Part shown: one piece after another, positions 1-10,716 of the stretch
How the letters are laid out: the number at the start of each line of letters is the position of its first letter
Position numbering within the stretch: position 1 is the stretch's first letter
From: Actinomycetota bacterium
GTDB lineage: Bacteria; Bacillota; Desulfotomaculia; Desulfotomaculales; Desulfocucumaceae
NCBI GenBank assembly: GCA_023475565.1
Contig: JAMCVT010000104.1
Coordinates: 11,486 to 75,485, forward strand
Direction of reading: 5' to 3'
DNA length: 64,000 nucleotides
Notes under the pieces: generated by a model
Databases searched by the model: none
Seen by the model: the letters and a program-made list of their open reading frames with translations, nothing else
What the model was told of the DNA's origin: nothing
Program-made: the position numbers and the translations under genes

Positions 1-123
1 CCGGGAGATACCTCCGACAAAGTAAAAGAGTCTGTGGATGTGCCCGTATTAGATGTTGTCACCGGAGGACCTGACCAACTGGGCGGTCTTATGAAGGATT
101 TGTACCGGGTCAAAAGTGAATAG
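1..123 (+). CDS. 3' end of an unidentified CDS entering from upstream (...VPVLDVVTGGPDQLGGLMKDLYRVKSE*)
   Basis: Frame 1 is open from base 1 to TAG at 121-123. No recognisable motif. Confidence 0.3.
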   Translation, partial: PGDTSDKVKESVDVPVLDVVTGGPDQLGGLMKDLYRVKSE

Positions 124-338
124 TTCAGAGTAAAATGATTCAATAATTCCTGAATTCGGTCATAGTTAATATCATGATATTGTTATAACGTACTTTTAAT
201 ATATAGTGAAATTTACGACAGCGCTATTTTACTGTTAGGGACCGATAATAATCTTTTAGATTAAACATGTTGCATTTTCTTTGATGGATGAGTAAAATAA
301 CCTTAATAAATTTGAAGTAAGAATGATTTAACCAGGCT

Positions 339-761
339 TTGGGGAAAGGGATGGCCGTCATGGGCATTAACCTGTCCAAAATAATTGAAACGGTAAAAAA
401 AGAGCTGAATGAAGCCAATACCCTTAAGCTGGAGCCATACAGCGGCAGCCTGGCCGGTGTGGACGGCTGGCTTTCTCCCAGCGGGACTTTTTATGCCTGC
501 TCTTACCATGACCACCTGGTTTATGCGGATAAACTGAGCGACAAGATGGGATACAAGAGGGTAAATAAATTTCCCTTCCAGCTTAACGGGGAGTATACCC
601 TGGAAAAGATGGGCTGGATAAAGATAAGCCTCAGCAGGGTTGTTGTATATAAGGGTATGACCATAACCAAAAAGCAGCTGGATTTTCTTTTTGACTATTA
701 CGTCAGCAACAGCAAAAAAGACGAGTTTATGGAGATATTCGAAATGTACGAGGATAACTGA
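339..761 (+). CDS. hypothetical protein, 140 aa or shorter
   Basis: Isolated ORF in an AT-rich flank. GGGAAAGGG lies upstream of in-frame ATGs at 351 and 360. No family recognised. Confidence 0.5.
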   Translation: MGKGMAVMGINLSKIIETVKKELNEANTLKLEPYSGSLAGVDGWLSPSGTFYACSYHDHLVYADKLSDKMGYKRVNKFPFQLNGEYTLEKMGWIKISLSRVVVYKGMTITKKQLDFLFDYYVSNSKKDEFMEIFEMYEDN

Positions 762-1017
762 GGAATATACAGCCTTAAAAGGACAGCATCATCCGAAGCA
801 GCCTGTGTTATGCCGAACCCCGCAAGGGGTTGTATTTTTGTTAAGAGAGCACAGAGAAATTTATATATCATATATTACTGAATAGTAAATAGTTACACAA
901 ACATATTAATATTTGCTTATCTAAGTGTTATTGTATAATTGAGGCTTGAAAATAAGCCTTGTCTGGACATGCTGCACGCTGATCCCAGGATGGGCAAAAC
1001 AGGAGGGAGGATATTCT

Positions 1018-4000
1018 GTGGTTAATTTCTGGGAAGGACAAATTGACTACATAATATTCCTTAACGGCCTGACGCTGGTTATACTTTCGGCGGTGTGCCT
1101 TTCCCTGATCAGGGCCGGCAACCGCCTGCTGCCCTGGTCAGGCCTTTTTTTGTTCGGCTTATGCCAGGGGGTATATGAATGGCTTGAGCTGGTGTCCCTC
1201 AGCCTGGGCGACGGTATGCAGTTTAAGTTTCCCCGGGTTTTTTTGCTGTTTGTGTCCTATGTGTTCCTGGTGGAGTTTGGGCGGGCCGGGATCAAAAGAA
1301 TTACTGGCCGGGTGACGGGCAGGTGGATATTTGTCCCCCTTCTGGCGCTGTCTTTCTGGGGTGTGCTGGGCGGTCCGGACGGTCTTAACGCCTCTTTGAG
1401 ATACGGCCCGGGCATGGCCGGGGGAGTTCTGGCATCGGCTGCCCTGCTTATTTCTTCCGGGGGGCAGGTGCGGGATTTAGACCGCAGGCTTAAGGCGGCC
1501 GGCCTGGGCATGGCGTTTTATGCCCTGTTCATGGCAGTGGTGCCGCAGGCCGGGTTTTTCCCGGCATCTATTATAAATCAGCAGTCCTTCCTGGAAACTG
1601 CCGGTTTTTCTATTAAGCTGGTCCAGGCCCTGACCATTTTTATCCTGGCCATGTCCCTTTGGTCATACCTGCTTTCCCAACGCAGAATAGAGCTTGATCT
1701 GTCTGAGCGCTACCAGGGCAGGCGGTATGTTTTCCTTATTGTTATAAATGTGGTATTGATCCTGGGGCTGGGCTGGGGGTCGGCCTGTTACTGGGGCAGC
1801 TTTTCCCTTAACGGGCTAAGGGCAAACAGCAGAAATAACATCAGTCAGCTGTCTCTTATTCTTTTGGGGGAGCTTACTGATGCCAGACGCAGCGTCACCT
1901 CACTGTCAGGTTCACCCTGGATAGCTCCGGCCCTTATCAGCCGGACTACTGGGGACATAAAAAGGGCCGATTCAGTTCTGGACAGGTATAAAAGCGCCAT
2001 GGAGGCATCGGCCTGCCTTTTGCTTGACAGGGAGGGGAAGGTCGTTGCCTCCTCCGGAAGCGGTACGGCAGAAAGCCTCCAGGGCAATGACTTTAAGTCT
2101 ATGCATTATATAAGGGCAACCCTGTCCGGTGATGCAGGCTGGTATTTTGAGCCCGGGGGGGAAAATGGCAGCAGGTATTATTATTCCGGGTTTCCGGTAA
2201 AGGACAGCCAGGGCAGAATAATCGGGGCGGCAGTAATTAAAAAGAATCTGGCGGCTGTAGAAAGGGACTTCAGGCAGTATCGCTACTGTTTTCTTGTTGA
2301 TCCCAACGGCTATATCTACCTTTCCAGCGATGAAGATATGCACTATTTGCCCCTTTGGCTGCCTGAAGGCGGGGAAGCCGTAAAGGCGGTCCTGCCAGTC
2401 AGGATAGAAGACGGGGATTACATGCTGTTTAAAGGGGCCGGCTATATTGCCGCCCGCCGGGAGATAGGCAGCGGGGGCTGGTCGGTGGTGCTTTTAAGCT
2501 CCACGGAGCAGGTATGGGTTTACCGTTTTTTCTGTATATGTATAACTCTTGTTCTGTGTGTGCTGATTATAGTGTTTTATACAGCCTTAATGTCAACCAG
2601 GGAGTGGGCGGGCCGTATTTCCCTGTCCGAGCGCAAGTATCATAGCCTGGTGGAGGGATCGCCCAACTTCGTCAAAATATTTGACCGGGAGGGCCGCTTT
2701 ATCACCGCCAACCCATCGGGATTGATGGCCATGGGGTGGCGGGAGGCTGATGTTATCGGCAAAGAATTCAGCCATTTTTGGCCGCAGGATACACGTCCGG
2801 TGGTGGAAAAGGCCTTGGCAGAGGTTCTGCAGGGGGAGCGCTGTTCCTTTGAGGCCAGCTGCAACCGGAACGATGGCGTACCGGTTACCTGGAATGTTAC
2901 ACTATACCCCATCTACGAGGAGGATGGGGGGTGCCGCCATTTGGTGGGTATTTCCACCAATGTGACAGAACGCAGGAAGGCCGAGGAAGCCTTAAGGGAA
3001 AGCGAGGCAAAATTCAGGACACTCTATGACTCTGCCAATGACGCCATTATTATTATGGACGGGACTTTTTTTGTGGACTGCAATCCCAAGGCCCTTAATA
3101 TGTTCGGCTGTGACCGCAGCCGGATTATAGGCCGGAACCTGCTTGACTTTTCCCCGGAGAGGCAGCCTGACGGAACTTCCTCGCAGGAAAAGGCCGGGGA
3201 ACTGATTAATGCCGTGCTGGATGGGGAGTCCAGGTATTTCCAGTGGCGCCACAGCCGCCCGGATGGAACATTGTACGACACTGAGATAAGCCTCAACCGG
3301 ATAAAGCTGAAGGATATGTATTATGTCCAGGCCATATTCAGAGACATTACCAGGCGAAAATTAAGGGAGGAGCAGCTGCGCCTCCACGCCGCAGCCCTCC
3401 AGTCGGTCGCCAACGCCATTGTCATTACCGACCCGGAAGGGTGTATTACCTGGATAAACCCGGCCTTCACCGTCCTCACCGGCTATACCTCTGAAGAGGC
3501 CATAGGTAAGAATATGAGTATTCTCAAATCGGGCGCCCATGATGAAGGCTTTTACAAGGATCTCTGGGATACCATTTTTTCCGGACTGGTCTGGCACGGG
3601 GAAACTCAAAACCGTCACAAGAGCGGAAGCCTTTACACCGAGGAGCAGACCATTACGCCGGTAAGGGACGAGGACGGCAGGATTACTCATTTTGTGGCCA
3701 TAAAGCAGGATGTTACCGCGCGCAAGCAGCAGGAGCAGCAGCTCAGCTACATGGCCACCCATGACCCGCTTACCAGCCTCCCCAACCGCCGGGTACTGGA
3801 GGATTCTCTCAAGCGGACGGTGGCCCGGGCCGGTCGCGGCGTCCACAGCAGCCTTCTGTTTATGGACCTGGACAATTTTAAGCTGGTCAACGACACACTG
3901 GGGCACACCGCCGGGGACCAGGTGCTTTACACCCTGACCAGGCTGCTGCTGAACATGCTGCGCAACGGGGACCTGCTGGTCCGGTTCGGGGGGGACGAAT

Positions 4001-5007
4001 TTGCGGTGCTGCTGGAGGGTGTTTCTGCCGAAGAGGCGCTGAACATAGCCGAGCGTATGCGCCGAGAGGTGGAGGAATACCGCTTTACAGCTGATGACCA
4101 GAATTTCCACCTCACTCTCAGCATAGGCATGGTCATTGTCGACGGGGAGCACAGCCCCGGGGTCATTCTGTCCCAGGCCGACACCGCCATGTATATGGCC
4201 AAGGAGCAGGGTAAAAACAGGGTGGTGGTTTACCGCCCCGAGGATGGTGTTCTGGCCAGGCTCACCGAGGACAGCCAATGGGCCGCCAGGGTAAAATCAT
4301 CTCTGGCGGAGGACCGTTTTGTTCTGTATTACCAGCCTCTGGTCAGGGTCAGCGAGGACCGGGTGGAGCACTACGAGGCGCTGGTCAGGATGATCGGTGA
4401 AGACAGCAGTATTATATTGCCGGAGCAATTCATACCTATTGCCGAGCGGTTCAGCCTCATGCCCCAGGTTGACCGCTGGGTCTTCAAAAAAGTGATCAGT
4501 ACCCTGCAGAATAACCCCGCCGTAAGAATCTTTATGAATCTGTCAGGCAGCAGCCTGGCCGACGAAACCTTCACCGCCTTTATAGAGGAGCAGCTGGGCC
4601 TGTCGGGAATTGACCCGGGGCGGCTGGGATTTGAAATCACCGAAACAGCGGTGGTGCAGGACATGGTGGCGGCCGAGCGCTGGGTGAAGCGCATCAAGGC
4701 CCTGGGCTGCCGCTTTGCCCTGGATGACTTCGGAGCAGGGTTCAATTCATTCATATACCTGCACAACCTGTCAGTGGACCAGTTAAAAATAGACGGCTAC
4801 TACATCCGCACCCTGGAGACCGACCCCACCCGCTACGCCCTGGTAAAAGCCATGCACGCCCTGGCCCGCACCCTGAACATGGAAACCGTGGCCGAGTATG
4901 TGGAAAATGAGGCCACCCTCCAGATAGTAAAGAATATCGGCATAACCTATGGCCAGGGCTATTACATTGGCAAGCCCCATCCAAGGCTGCCTGGGGGGGA
5001 GGAATAA
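1018..5007 (+). CDS. membrane-anchored multi-PAS GGDEF/EAL signalling protein (c-di-GMP turnover)
   Basis: 1353-aa ORF from 946; the likely start is GTG 1018 after AGGAGGGAGG. It has N-terminal TM helices, an extracytoplasmic sensor segment, three PAS modules, GGDEF (RFGGDEFAVLL) and EAL (EALVR ... QGYYIGKP). Confidence 0.9.
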   Translation: MVNFWEGQIDYIIFLNGLTLVILSAVCLSLIRAGNRLLPWSGLFLFGLCQGVYEWLELVSLSLGDGMQFKFPRVFLLFVSYVFLVEFGRAGIKRITGRVTGRWIFVPLLALSFWGVLGGPDGLNASLRYGPGMAGGVLASAALLISSGGQVRDLDRRLKAAGLGMAFYALFMAVVPQAGFFPASIINQQSFLETAGFSIKLVQALTIFILAMSLWSYLLSQRRIELDLSERYQGRRYVFLIVINVVLILGLGWGSACYWGSFSLNGLRANSRNNISQLSLILLGELTDARRSVTSLSGSPWIAPALISRTTGDIKRADSVLDRYKSAMEASACLLLDREGKVVASSGSGTAESLQGNDFKSMHYIRATLSGDAGWYFEPGGENGSRYYYSGFPVKDSQGRIIGAAVIKKNLAAVERDFRQYRYCFLVDPNGYIYLSSDEDMHYLPLWLPEGGEAVKAVLPVRIEDGDYMLFKGAGYIAARREIGSGGWSVVLLSSTEQVWVYRFFCICITLVLCVLIIVFYTALMSTREWAGRISLSERKYHSLVEGSPNFVKIFDREGRFITANPSGLMAMGWREADVIGKEFSHFWPQDTRPVVEKALAEVLQGERCSFEASCNRNDGVPVTWNVTLYPIYEEDGGCRHLVGISTNVTERRKAEEALRESEAKFRTLYDSANDAIIIMDGTFFVDCNPKALNMFGCDRSRIIGRNLLDFSPERQPDGTSSQEKAGELINAVLDGESRYFQWRHSRPDGTLYDTEISLNRIKLKDMYYVQAIFRDITRRKLREEQLRLHAAALQSVANAIVITDPEGCITWINPAFTVLTGYTSEEAIGKNMSILKSGAHDEGFYKDLWDTIFSGLVWHGETQNRHKSGSLYTEEQTITPVRDEDGRITHFVAIKQDVTARKQQEQQLSYMATHDPLTSLPNRRVLEDSLKRTVARAGRGVHSSLLFMDLDNFKLVNDTLGHTAGDQVLYTLTRLLLNMLRNGDLLVRFGGDEFAVLLEGVSAEEALNIAERMRREVEEYRFTADDQNFHLTLSIGMVIVDGEHSPGVILSQADTAMYMAKEQGKNRVVVYRPEDGVLARLTEDSQWAARVKSSLAEDRFVLYYQPLVRVSEDRVEHYEALVRMIGEDSSIILPEQFIPIAERFSLMPQVDRWVFKKVISTLQNNPAVRIFMNLSGSSLADETFTAFIEEQLGLSGIDPGRLGFEITETAVVQDMVAAERWVKRIKALGCRFALDDFGAGFNSFIYLHNLSVDQLKIDGYYIRTLETDPTRYALVKAMHALARTLNMETVAEYVENEATLQIVKNIGITYGQGYYIGKPHPRLPGGEE

Positions 5008-5013
5008 GCTTGA

Positions 5014-5051
5014 GGGTAATACCTCCGGTCTCCCGACCACAGGTATTACCC
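5014..5051. repeat. 11-bp perfect stem hairpin resembling an armless copy of the heptad-armed element
   Basis: GGGTAATACCT (5014-5024) pairs with AGGTATTACCC (5041-5051). The loop CCGGTCTCCCGACCAC carries CCGGTC/CGACC. The left half resembles the GGGCATTACCTCCGGTCGG flank of copy E4. Confidence 0.6.
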
Positions 5052-5144
5052 ATAAGCAGTCTCCCTCCACCGAAACGGCATTTAATTATATTAAATTTGT
5101 ACAATCCCTCCGGCATACTTTAGATGTATGGGAGGGATTTATTT

Positions 5145-6623
5145 ATGAAAGCTGTGCATGAATTAAGGCTTCTTGAGGAGGCCATTGAGAAGATTACCGG
5201 AAAGGCCCTGGAATTTGGCCTTGATTTCTACAAGATGTATTTCGAGATATGCCCGGCTGAAATTATTTATACCTTTGGGGCTTACGGAATGCCCACCAGG
5301 TTTTCACACTGGACCTTCGGCAAAAGCTACCAGAAAATGAAGACCCAGTATGACTACAACCTCAGCCGGATATACGAGATGGTCATCAACTCCGACCCCT
5401 GCTATGCCTTCTTGCTGGAGGGAAACACCCTGGTGCAGAACAAAATGGTGGTGGCCCACGTGCTGGGGCACAGCGACTTTTTTAAAAACAACGCTTATTT
5501 CAGACAGACCTCCAGGGGTATGGTGGAGACTATGTCCAGCGCGGCCAACCGGTTTAGGGACTACGAGTTCAAACTGGGCAAACTGAAGGTGGAGCAGTTC
5601 CTGGACTCCATTATTGCCATCCAGGAGCAGGTGGACCCATACAGGTATGTCAAGGGTGCCGATAAGGGGGCGGAAAGGGGCGCCGGGGAAGGCGGCTGCG
5701 GCGGCAGGTGCGGGGGCAAGTGCAGCCACGGCCAGGGCAGTAAGGGCCGCCATAAGGAAAAGGAAACACCTTACGACGACCTGTGGGACCTGGAAAAAAA
5801 GGATGGCTGGGGGGGTGGCTGCGGTGAGGAGAAGTCCAACAAATTCCCAGAAAGCCCGGAAAAGGATCTGCTGCTCTTTATAATGACCCATTCCCGGGAC
5901 CTGGAGGACTGGCAGAGAGATGTAATATCGGTGGCCCGCCAGGAAATGCTCTACTTCTGGCCCCAGATGGAAACCAAAATAATGAACGAGGGCTGGGCCA
6001 CATACTGGCACATGAGGATCATGAGGGAGATGGACCTCGATGTGGACGAGGCTATTGACTACGCAAAGATGCACGCCGGTGTGGTTCAGCCCTCAAGAAT
6101 GCGGATCAACCCGTACCTGCTGGGGCTTAAAATATTCGAGGACATAGAAAAGCGGTGGGATGAACCCACTGAGGAAGAAAGAAAAAAATACGGACGCCCC
6201 GGTGGTGAGGGAAGAAAAAAAATATTCGAGGTGCGGGAAACCGAGAACGACATTTCCTTCCTCAGGAACTACCTGACCAGGGAGATAATAGAGGATCAGG
6301 ATCTTTACCTTTTTAAAAAAGTGGGCTCCGAGTGGAAGATCACCGACAAGGAGTGGGAGGCCGTCCGGGACAGCATTGTGGACGGCATGACCTACTGCGG
6401 GTATCCATACATAGTGGTGGAAGACGGGGACTTCAACCGGCGCGGAGAGCTGTACCTCAGACACCAGTTCGAGGGAGTGGAGCTGGATGTTTTCTACCTG
6501 GAGCGCACCCTTCCCCACGTGTTCAAACTCTGGGGCCGCCCGGCCCACCTGGAAACACTGCTGGATAATAAAAAAGTTCTTTTCTCCTACAACGGGGAGA
6601 AGGTCTCTAAAAAATTTGTCTGA
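5145..6623 (+). CDS. spoVR: stage V sporulation protein R (SpoVR family)
   Basis: ATG 5145 follows GGAGGG. The N-terminus LDFYKMYFEICPAEIIYTFGAYGMPTRFSHWTFGK and MNEGWATYWH are typical of SpoVR. There is a Gly/Cys-rich internal linker. Confidence 0.9.
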   Translation: MKAVHELRLLEEAIEKITGKALEFGLDFYKMYFEICPAEIIYTFGAYGMPTRFSHWTFGKSYQKMKTQYDYNLSRIYEMVINSDPCYAFLLEGNTLVQNKMVVAHVLGHSDFFKNNAYFRQTSRGMVETMSSAANRFRDYEFKLGKLKVEQFLDSIIAIQEQVDPYRYVKGADKGAERGAGEGGCGGRCGGKCSHGQGSKGRHKEKETPYDDLWDLEKKDGWGGGCGEEKSNKFPESPEKDLLLFIMTHSRDLEDWQRDVISVARQEMLYFWPQMETKIMNEGWATYWHMRIMREMDLDVDEAIDYAKMHAGVVQPSRMRINPYLLGLKIFEDIEKRWDEPTEEERKKYGRPGGEGRKKIFEVRETENDISFLRNYLTREIIEDQDLYLFKKVGSEWKITDKEWEAVRDSIVDGMTYCGYPYIVVEDGDFNRRGELYLRHQFEGVELDVFYLERTLPHVFKLWGRPAHLETLLDNKKVLFSYNGEKVSKKFV

Positions 6624-6871
6624 CTTTTAACACCCGGCCCGGCCCCATTATTTTTAAAAAAAAGAGCAGGGTTCTTTGTCCTGCTCTTACTAAGGGGAAT
6701 TTATGAATAGAGGAGAAAGCTGTGAGGCTTTCATGCTGTATCCTTATTATGCATCCCTTTCCTTAAGGGCAAATGAATACAACCTTAAAATAAGATTAAA
6801 TTTGATTTAATTTTTTAATGCCGGCCATGCTTTCACCGGCAGAAACTGATTACCGGACAGGCTGTGCAGAA

Positions 6872-6908
6872 AAGAAAAACAGACCCCGCCTTATGGCGGA
6901 GTCTGTTT
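6872..6908 (-). terminator. intrinsic terminator downstream of tRNA-fMet
   Basis: On the minus strand: ACAGACTCCGCC-ATAA-GGCGGGGTCTGT followed by TTTTCTTTTC. Confidence 0.75.
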
Positions 6909-6912
6909 AAAA

Positions 6913-6988
<76 letters not shown>

Positions 6989-7234
6989 GCGGCCTGTTAA
7001 GTATAACACAGAGGTAAAAGTTTGGGAAGCATATTAGTGCGGCAGATGGGGGCCGGTATAACAGTTGCTTTACTGGTTTTTTGGGGCGGTTTTGTTAAAA
7101 TTGCTTTATTTAAGTGGAAATTTTCAGAAAACTGAAGGAAAAACGGAGGAAAATGTTGTATAATTTTTATATGATGTTCAGCTAAAAGTACATGGCTTTT
7201 TATAAAGGCATAACGACAGAAAGCGAGGCTGCCT

Positions 7235-8527
7235 ATGACAAACAATACGCTGCCAATTCTGGATAACCTTCCGGGGATGATTTACCGCTGCTCTGCCGAT
7301 GAGAACTGGAGTTTTCAGTATGTCAGCGGGGGATGCCGCTTCCTTACAGGTTTTAAACAGTCCGATTTAATTGAAAGTAAAAAAAATTCTCATAAATCAC
7401 TGGTGTATCCAGGGGACCTGAAAATGGTGCTGAACGTTATAAAATCTGCCATTGCCGGGGGGAGTTCCTATTCTCTCAGGTACAGGATTGTTGACTCCCT
7501 GGGAGTGCCCAGGCAGGTACTGGAACAGGGCCGGGCGGTGATGTCCGATTCCGGTGAGCTTTTATCCCTTGAGGGATTTATTGCAGCGGCCGAAGGCACC
7601 GGGGTGGCGGGGAACTCCTGCGGGAACGCTGCTATGGATCTGCACAGCTGCGAAATGATTAAGGCCCTTCCTGACTTGAAGTTTATGCCGGACAGGGGTG
7701 GATGTTTGCTTCAGTACAAGGAAGCGCGGGGTTTTAGGCTGCCCTATGCCGCCGAAAAGATTGATGGCAGGAACATAAACGAGGCTTTTCCAGGCAATAT
7801 GGCCGCTCAAATAAGGCATTTTGCCGAAAGGGCACTGCAAACGGCGGAGGTTCAAAATTTTATTTTTCAGATTCCGGTGTCCGGGGCTGCCCGGGAGTAT
7901 GAGGCCAGGGTCACCATCAGCGGGGCCGCTGACAACAGTATGCACCGGGAGAAGCCGCACCGCAGCCGCAGCGCCCGCAGCTCAATAGTCCAGGCGCTGG
8001 TGAAGGCGCTGGAGGCAGGGGACTTCATTACCGGTGGGCATGCCGACCGTCTGCAGGATATTGTGGAAAAGGTGGCCCGGGATCTGGGCCTGTCCGATAG
8101 GAGTATAACGGACCTAAGGCTTCTGGCAAAATTTCACGATATAGGAAAAGTTGGCATCCCGGACCGCATTCTCTTCAAACCCGGCCCCCTTACAATGGAC
8201 GAATACAATGAAATGAAGCGCCATACCGAGATTGGCCGCTGTATTGCCGAAGCAGCCCCCGACCTGGCACCCATTGCCGACTGGATATTAAAGCACCACG
8301 AGTGGTGGAATGGGGAGGGGTATCCCCATGGGCTGAAGGGGGATAATATTCCCATGGAGTGCCGCATACTGTCCATGGCTGACGCATACGACGCCATGAC
8401 CAGTGACCGCCCCTACCGCAAGGCTATGCAGCACGAGGCTGCGGTGGAAGAGATTGCCAGGTGCGCGGGAAGCCAGTTCGACCCGGAGCTGGTGCCGGTA
8501 TTTATCCGCTCGGTGTCGGGAAGGTAA
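7235..8527 (+). CDS. PAS-domain HD-GYP phosphohydrolase
   Basis: N-terminal PAS (LPGMIYRC...), then an HD-GYP domain (KFHDIGKVGIP, HHEWWNGEGYPHGLKG, ADAYDAMTSDRPYR). Confidence 0.85.
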   Translation: MTNNTLPILDNLPGMIYRCSADENWSFQYVSGGCRFLTGFKQSDLIESKKNSHKSLVYPGDLKMVLNVIKSAIAGGSSYSLRYRIVDSLGVPRQVLEQGRAVMSDSGELLSLEGFIAAAEGTGVAGNSCGNAAMDLHSCEMIKALPDLKFMPDRGGCLLQYKEARGFRLPYAAEKIDGRNINEAFPGNMAAQIRHFAERALQTAEVQNFIFQIPVSGAAREYEARVTISGAADNSMHREKPHRSRSARSSIVQALVKALEAGDFITGGHADRLQDIVEKVARDLGLSDRSITDLRLLAKFHDIGKVGIPDRILFKPGPLTMDEYNEMKRHTEIGRCIAEAAPDLAPIADWILKHHEWWNGEGYPHGLKGDNIPMECRILSMADAYDAMTSDRPYRKAMQHEAAVEEIARCAGSQFDPELVPVFIRSVSGR

Positions 8528-8550
8528 TATAAAATTTGGGCTATTCGCGG

Positions 8551-10473
8551 CTAATTCTGTCCCCTTACGTAATTAAGCAGGCCTCCGGCCTTTATTATTT
8601 TGACCTGCCGGTCCGAAAGGCTGTGCTTTACGTGGTAGGTCATGTTTTTACCGGCGTTATATACCTTTATGGTATTGGCCGGCAGGGACTCTGTCAGTTT
8701 CTCCAGCACCAGGGCGTCCCCGGCCTCTATGCTGTCATAATCACCTTCATTTTCAAACATAAGCGGCAGGAGCCCGAAATTTACCAGGTTCTGCATATGA
8801 ATCCTGGCGAAGGATTTGGCTATTACGGCCTTTATGCCCAGGTAAAGGGGCGCTAAAACGGCGTGCTCACGGCTGGACCCCTGGCCGTAGTTGGCCCCGC
8901 CCACTATTATACCCCCGCCGGCCTCCTGCGCCCTCCTGGCAAAGGAGGAGTCCACCCTTTCAAAGGCGTACATGGATATGGCCGGTATATTGGACCTGAG
9001 CGCCAGTATTTTGGCGCCGGCAGGCATGATGTGGTCGGTGGTGATATTGTCTCCAACTTTCAGGAGCACCTCACCCTGTATGCTGTTCCCCATAGGATAA
9101 GATTTTGGGAAGGGCTTTATGTTTGGCCCCCTCACGAGGCATTCATTTTCACTGTCAGCCGGAGGGGGTATAATCATGCTGTCATCCACCGGGTAGCTTT
9201 CCGGCAGTGATACCTCAACGGGCTGTCCCAGGTCCCGGGGATCGGTTATTTCCCCTGTAAGGGCTGCAGCCGCCGCAGCCTCGCAGCTGACCAGATAAAT
9301 GCCGGCATCGGCCGTGCCGCTCCTTCCTTCGAAATTACGGTTGGAGGTTCTAAGCGATATACCGCCGGACGGGGGGGACTGCCCCACACCAACGCAGGGA
9401 CCGCAGGCACACTCCAGTAGCCTTGCCCCGGCCCCAACCAGGTCGGCCAGGCTGCCGTTGGAGGCCAGTGCTCTAAGTACCTGGCGGGACCCCGGGGCAA
9501 TGACCAGGCTTACTTCGGGGTGTACGGTTTTGCCTTTTAGTATGGAGGCTACCTTCATCAGGTCGGTAAAAGACGAGTTTGTGCAGCTGCCTATAAAAAC
9601 CTGGTCTACCTTTTTACCCGCCGCCCCGGACAGCTTTACCACATTGTCCGGCATGTGGGGCAGGGCAATGAGGGGTTCCAGCCCGTTCAGGTCTATATCC
9701 ACCACTTCATCATAAACGGCGTCCGGGTCAGGCAGCATTTCAGTGAAATTATGCACCCTGGACTGGGCGGCCAGGAAACGCCTGGTAACCTCATCCGAGG
9801 GGAACACCGATGAGGTGGCTCCCAGCTCGGCCCCCATGTTGGTAATGGTGGCCCGCTCGGGCACGCTGAGCTGTGACACCCCTTCGCCGGTGTACTCCAT
9901 CACCCTGCCCACACCCCCCTTGACGGTCAGCCTGCGCAGCACTTCAAGTATTATGTCCTTGGCTGAGACCCAGGGGGAAGGCTTGCCGTGCAGCCTTATA
10001 TTGACCACCCGGGGCATGGCCAGGTAAAAGGGGTATCCGGCCATGGCGGTGGCCACGTCCAGGCCTCCGGCGCCTATGGCCAGCATTCCCAGACCCCCGC
10101 AGGTGGGGGTGTGGCTGTCCGATCCCAGCAGTGTTTTACCCGGTACTCCGAAGCGCTCAAGATGCACCTGGTGGCATATTCCGTTGCCCATCCGCGAAAA
10201 AAAAGCTCCGAATTTTGCGGCTCCGCTTTGGAGAAATCTATGGTCATCGGCGTTTTCATAGCCGACCTGCAGTGTGTTGTGGTCAATGTAGCTGACTGAA
10301 AGCTCTGTCTTGACTGAAGGAAGGCCGATGGCCTCGAATTCCAGGTAGGCCATGGTTCCCGTAGCATCCTGGGTAAGTGTCTGGTCTATTCTTATGGCGA
10401 TTTCCTTCCCCGGTTCCATTTCACCTTCCACCAGGTGAGAGGAAATTATTTTCTGGGTAATGCTCAGTCCCAC
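8551..10473 (-). CDS. aconitate hydratase (640-aa form)
   Basis: Aconitase motifs are present: GSDSHTPTCGGLG, IGSCTNSS, NRNFEGR, plus a C-terminal swivel domain. Confidence 0.9.
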   Translation of the reverse strand: MGLSITQKIISSHLVEGEMEPGKEIAIRIDQTLTQDATGTMAYLEFEAIGLPSVKTELSVSYIDHNTLQVGYENADDHRFLQSGAAKFGAFFSRMGNGICHQVHLERFGVPGKTLLGSDSHTPTCGGLGMLAIGAGGLDVATAMAGYPFYLAMPRVVNIRLHGKPSPWVSAKDIILEVLRRLTVKGGVGRVMEYTGEGVSQLSVPERATITNMGAELGATSSVFPSDEVTRRFLAAQSRVHNFTEMLPDPDAVYDEVVDIDLNGLEPLIALPHMPDNVVKLSGAAGKKVDQVFIGSCTNSSFTDLMKVASILKGKTVHPEVSLVIAPGSRQVLRALASNGSLADLVGAGARLLECACGPCVGVGQSPPSGGISLRTSNRNFEGRSGTADAGIYLVSCEAAAAAALTGEITDPRDLGQPVEVSLPESYPVDDSMIIPPPADSENECLVRGPNIKPFPKSYPMGNSIQGEVLLKVGDNITTDHIMPAGAKILALRSNIPAISMYAFERVDSSFARRAQEAGGGIIVGGANYGQGSSREHAVLAPLYLGIKAVIAKSFARIHMQNLVNFGLLPLMFENEGDYDSIEAGDALVLEKLTESLPANTIKVYNAGKNMTYHVKHSLSDRQVKIIKAGGLLNYVRGQN

Positions 10474-10716
10474 AAATACACATCCTTTCCAAAACCATTT
10501 AAAAAAAACAAAAAATTATGCCTGTCCGTTAAAACCACACAATTGTATTTTACATGTTGGGAAAACTGTTGTCGATATTTTATAGCTATTTATCTGTGTC
10601 AGCATTTTCCGGCGGGGCCGCCGGGGCCCCAGACAAAGGATTTTTTATAAAAAAAAGGGGAACGGGGCATTTTTATCGAAATTTCCCAGATATATTTGAA
10701 TTCGGGGAGTGTTCCC

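Noticed and set aside
3361-4278. Long antisense ORFs within well-supported genes (for example 3361-4278, 5304-6074, 20395-21174, 21504-22361, 28667-29584, 38632-39786, 47711-49024 and 59400-60260, all on the minus strand)
   Set aside because: They overlap genes with unmistakable conserved motifs on the opposite strand. They have Arg/Pro/Gly-rich, low-complexity translations typical of shadow ORFs in GC-rich coding DNA, and they lack RBSs.
6661-6690. Hairpin AAGAGCAGG-N9-CCTGCTCTT as the spoVR terminator
   Set aside because: On the + strand it is preceded by an A-run rather than followed by a T-run, so it is oriented for minus-strand transcripts, or is at best bidirectional. I left it uncalled as a spoVR terminator.
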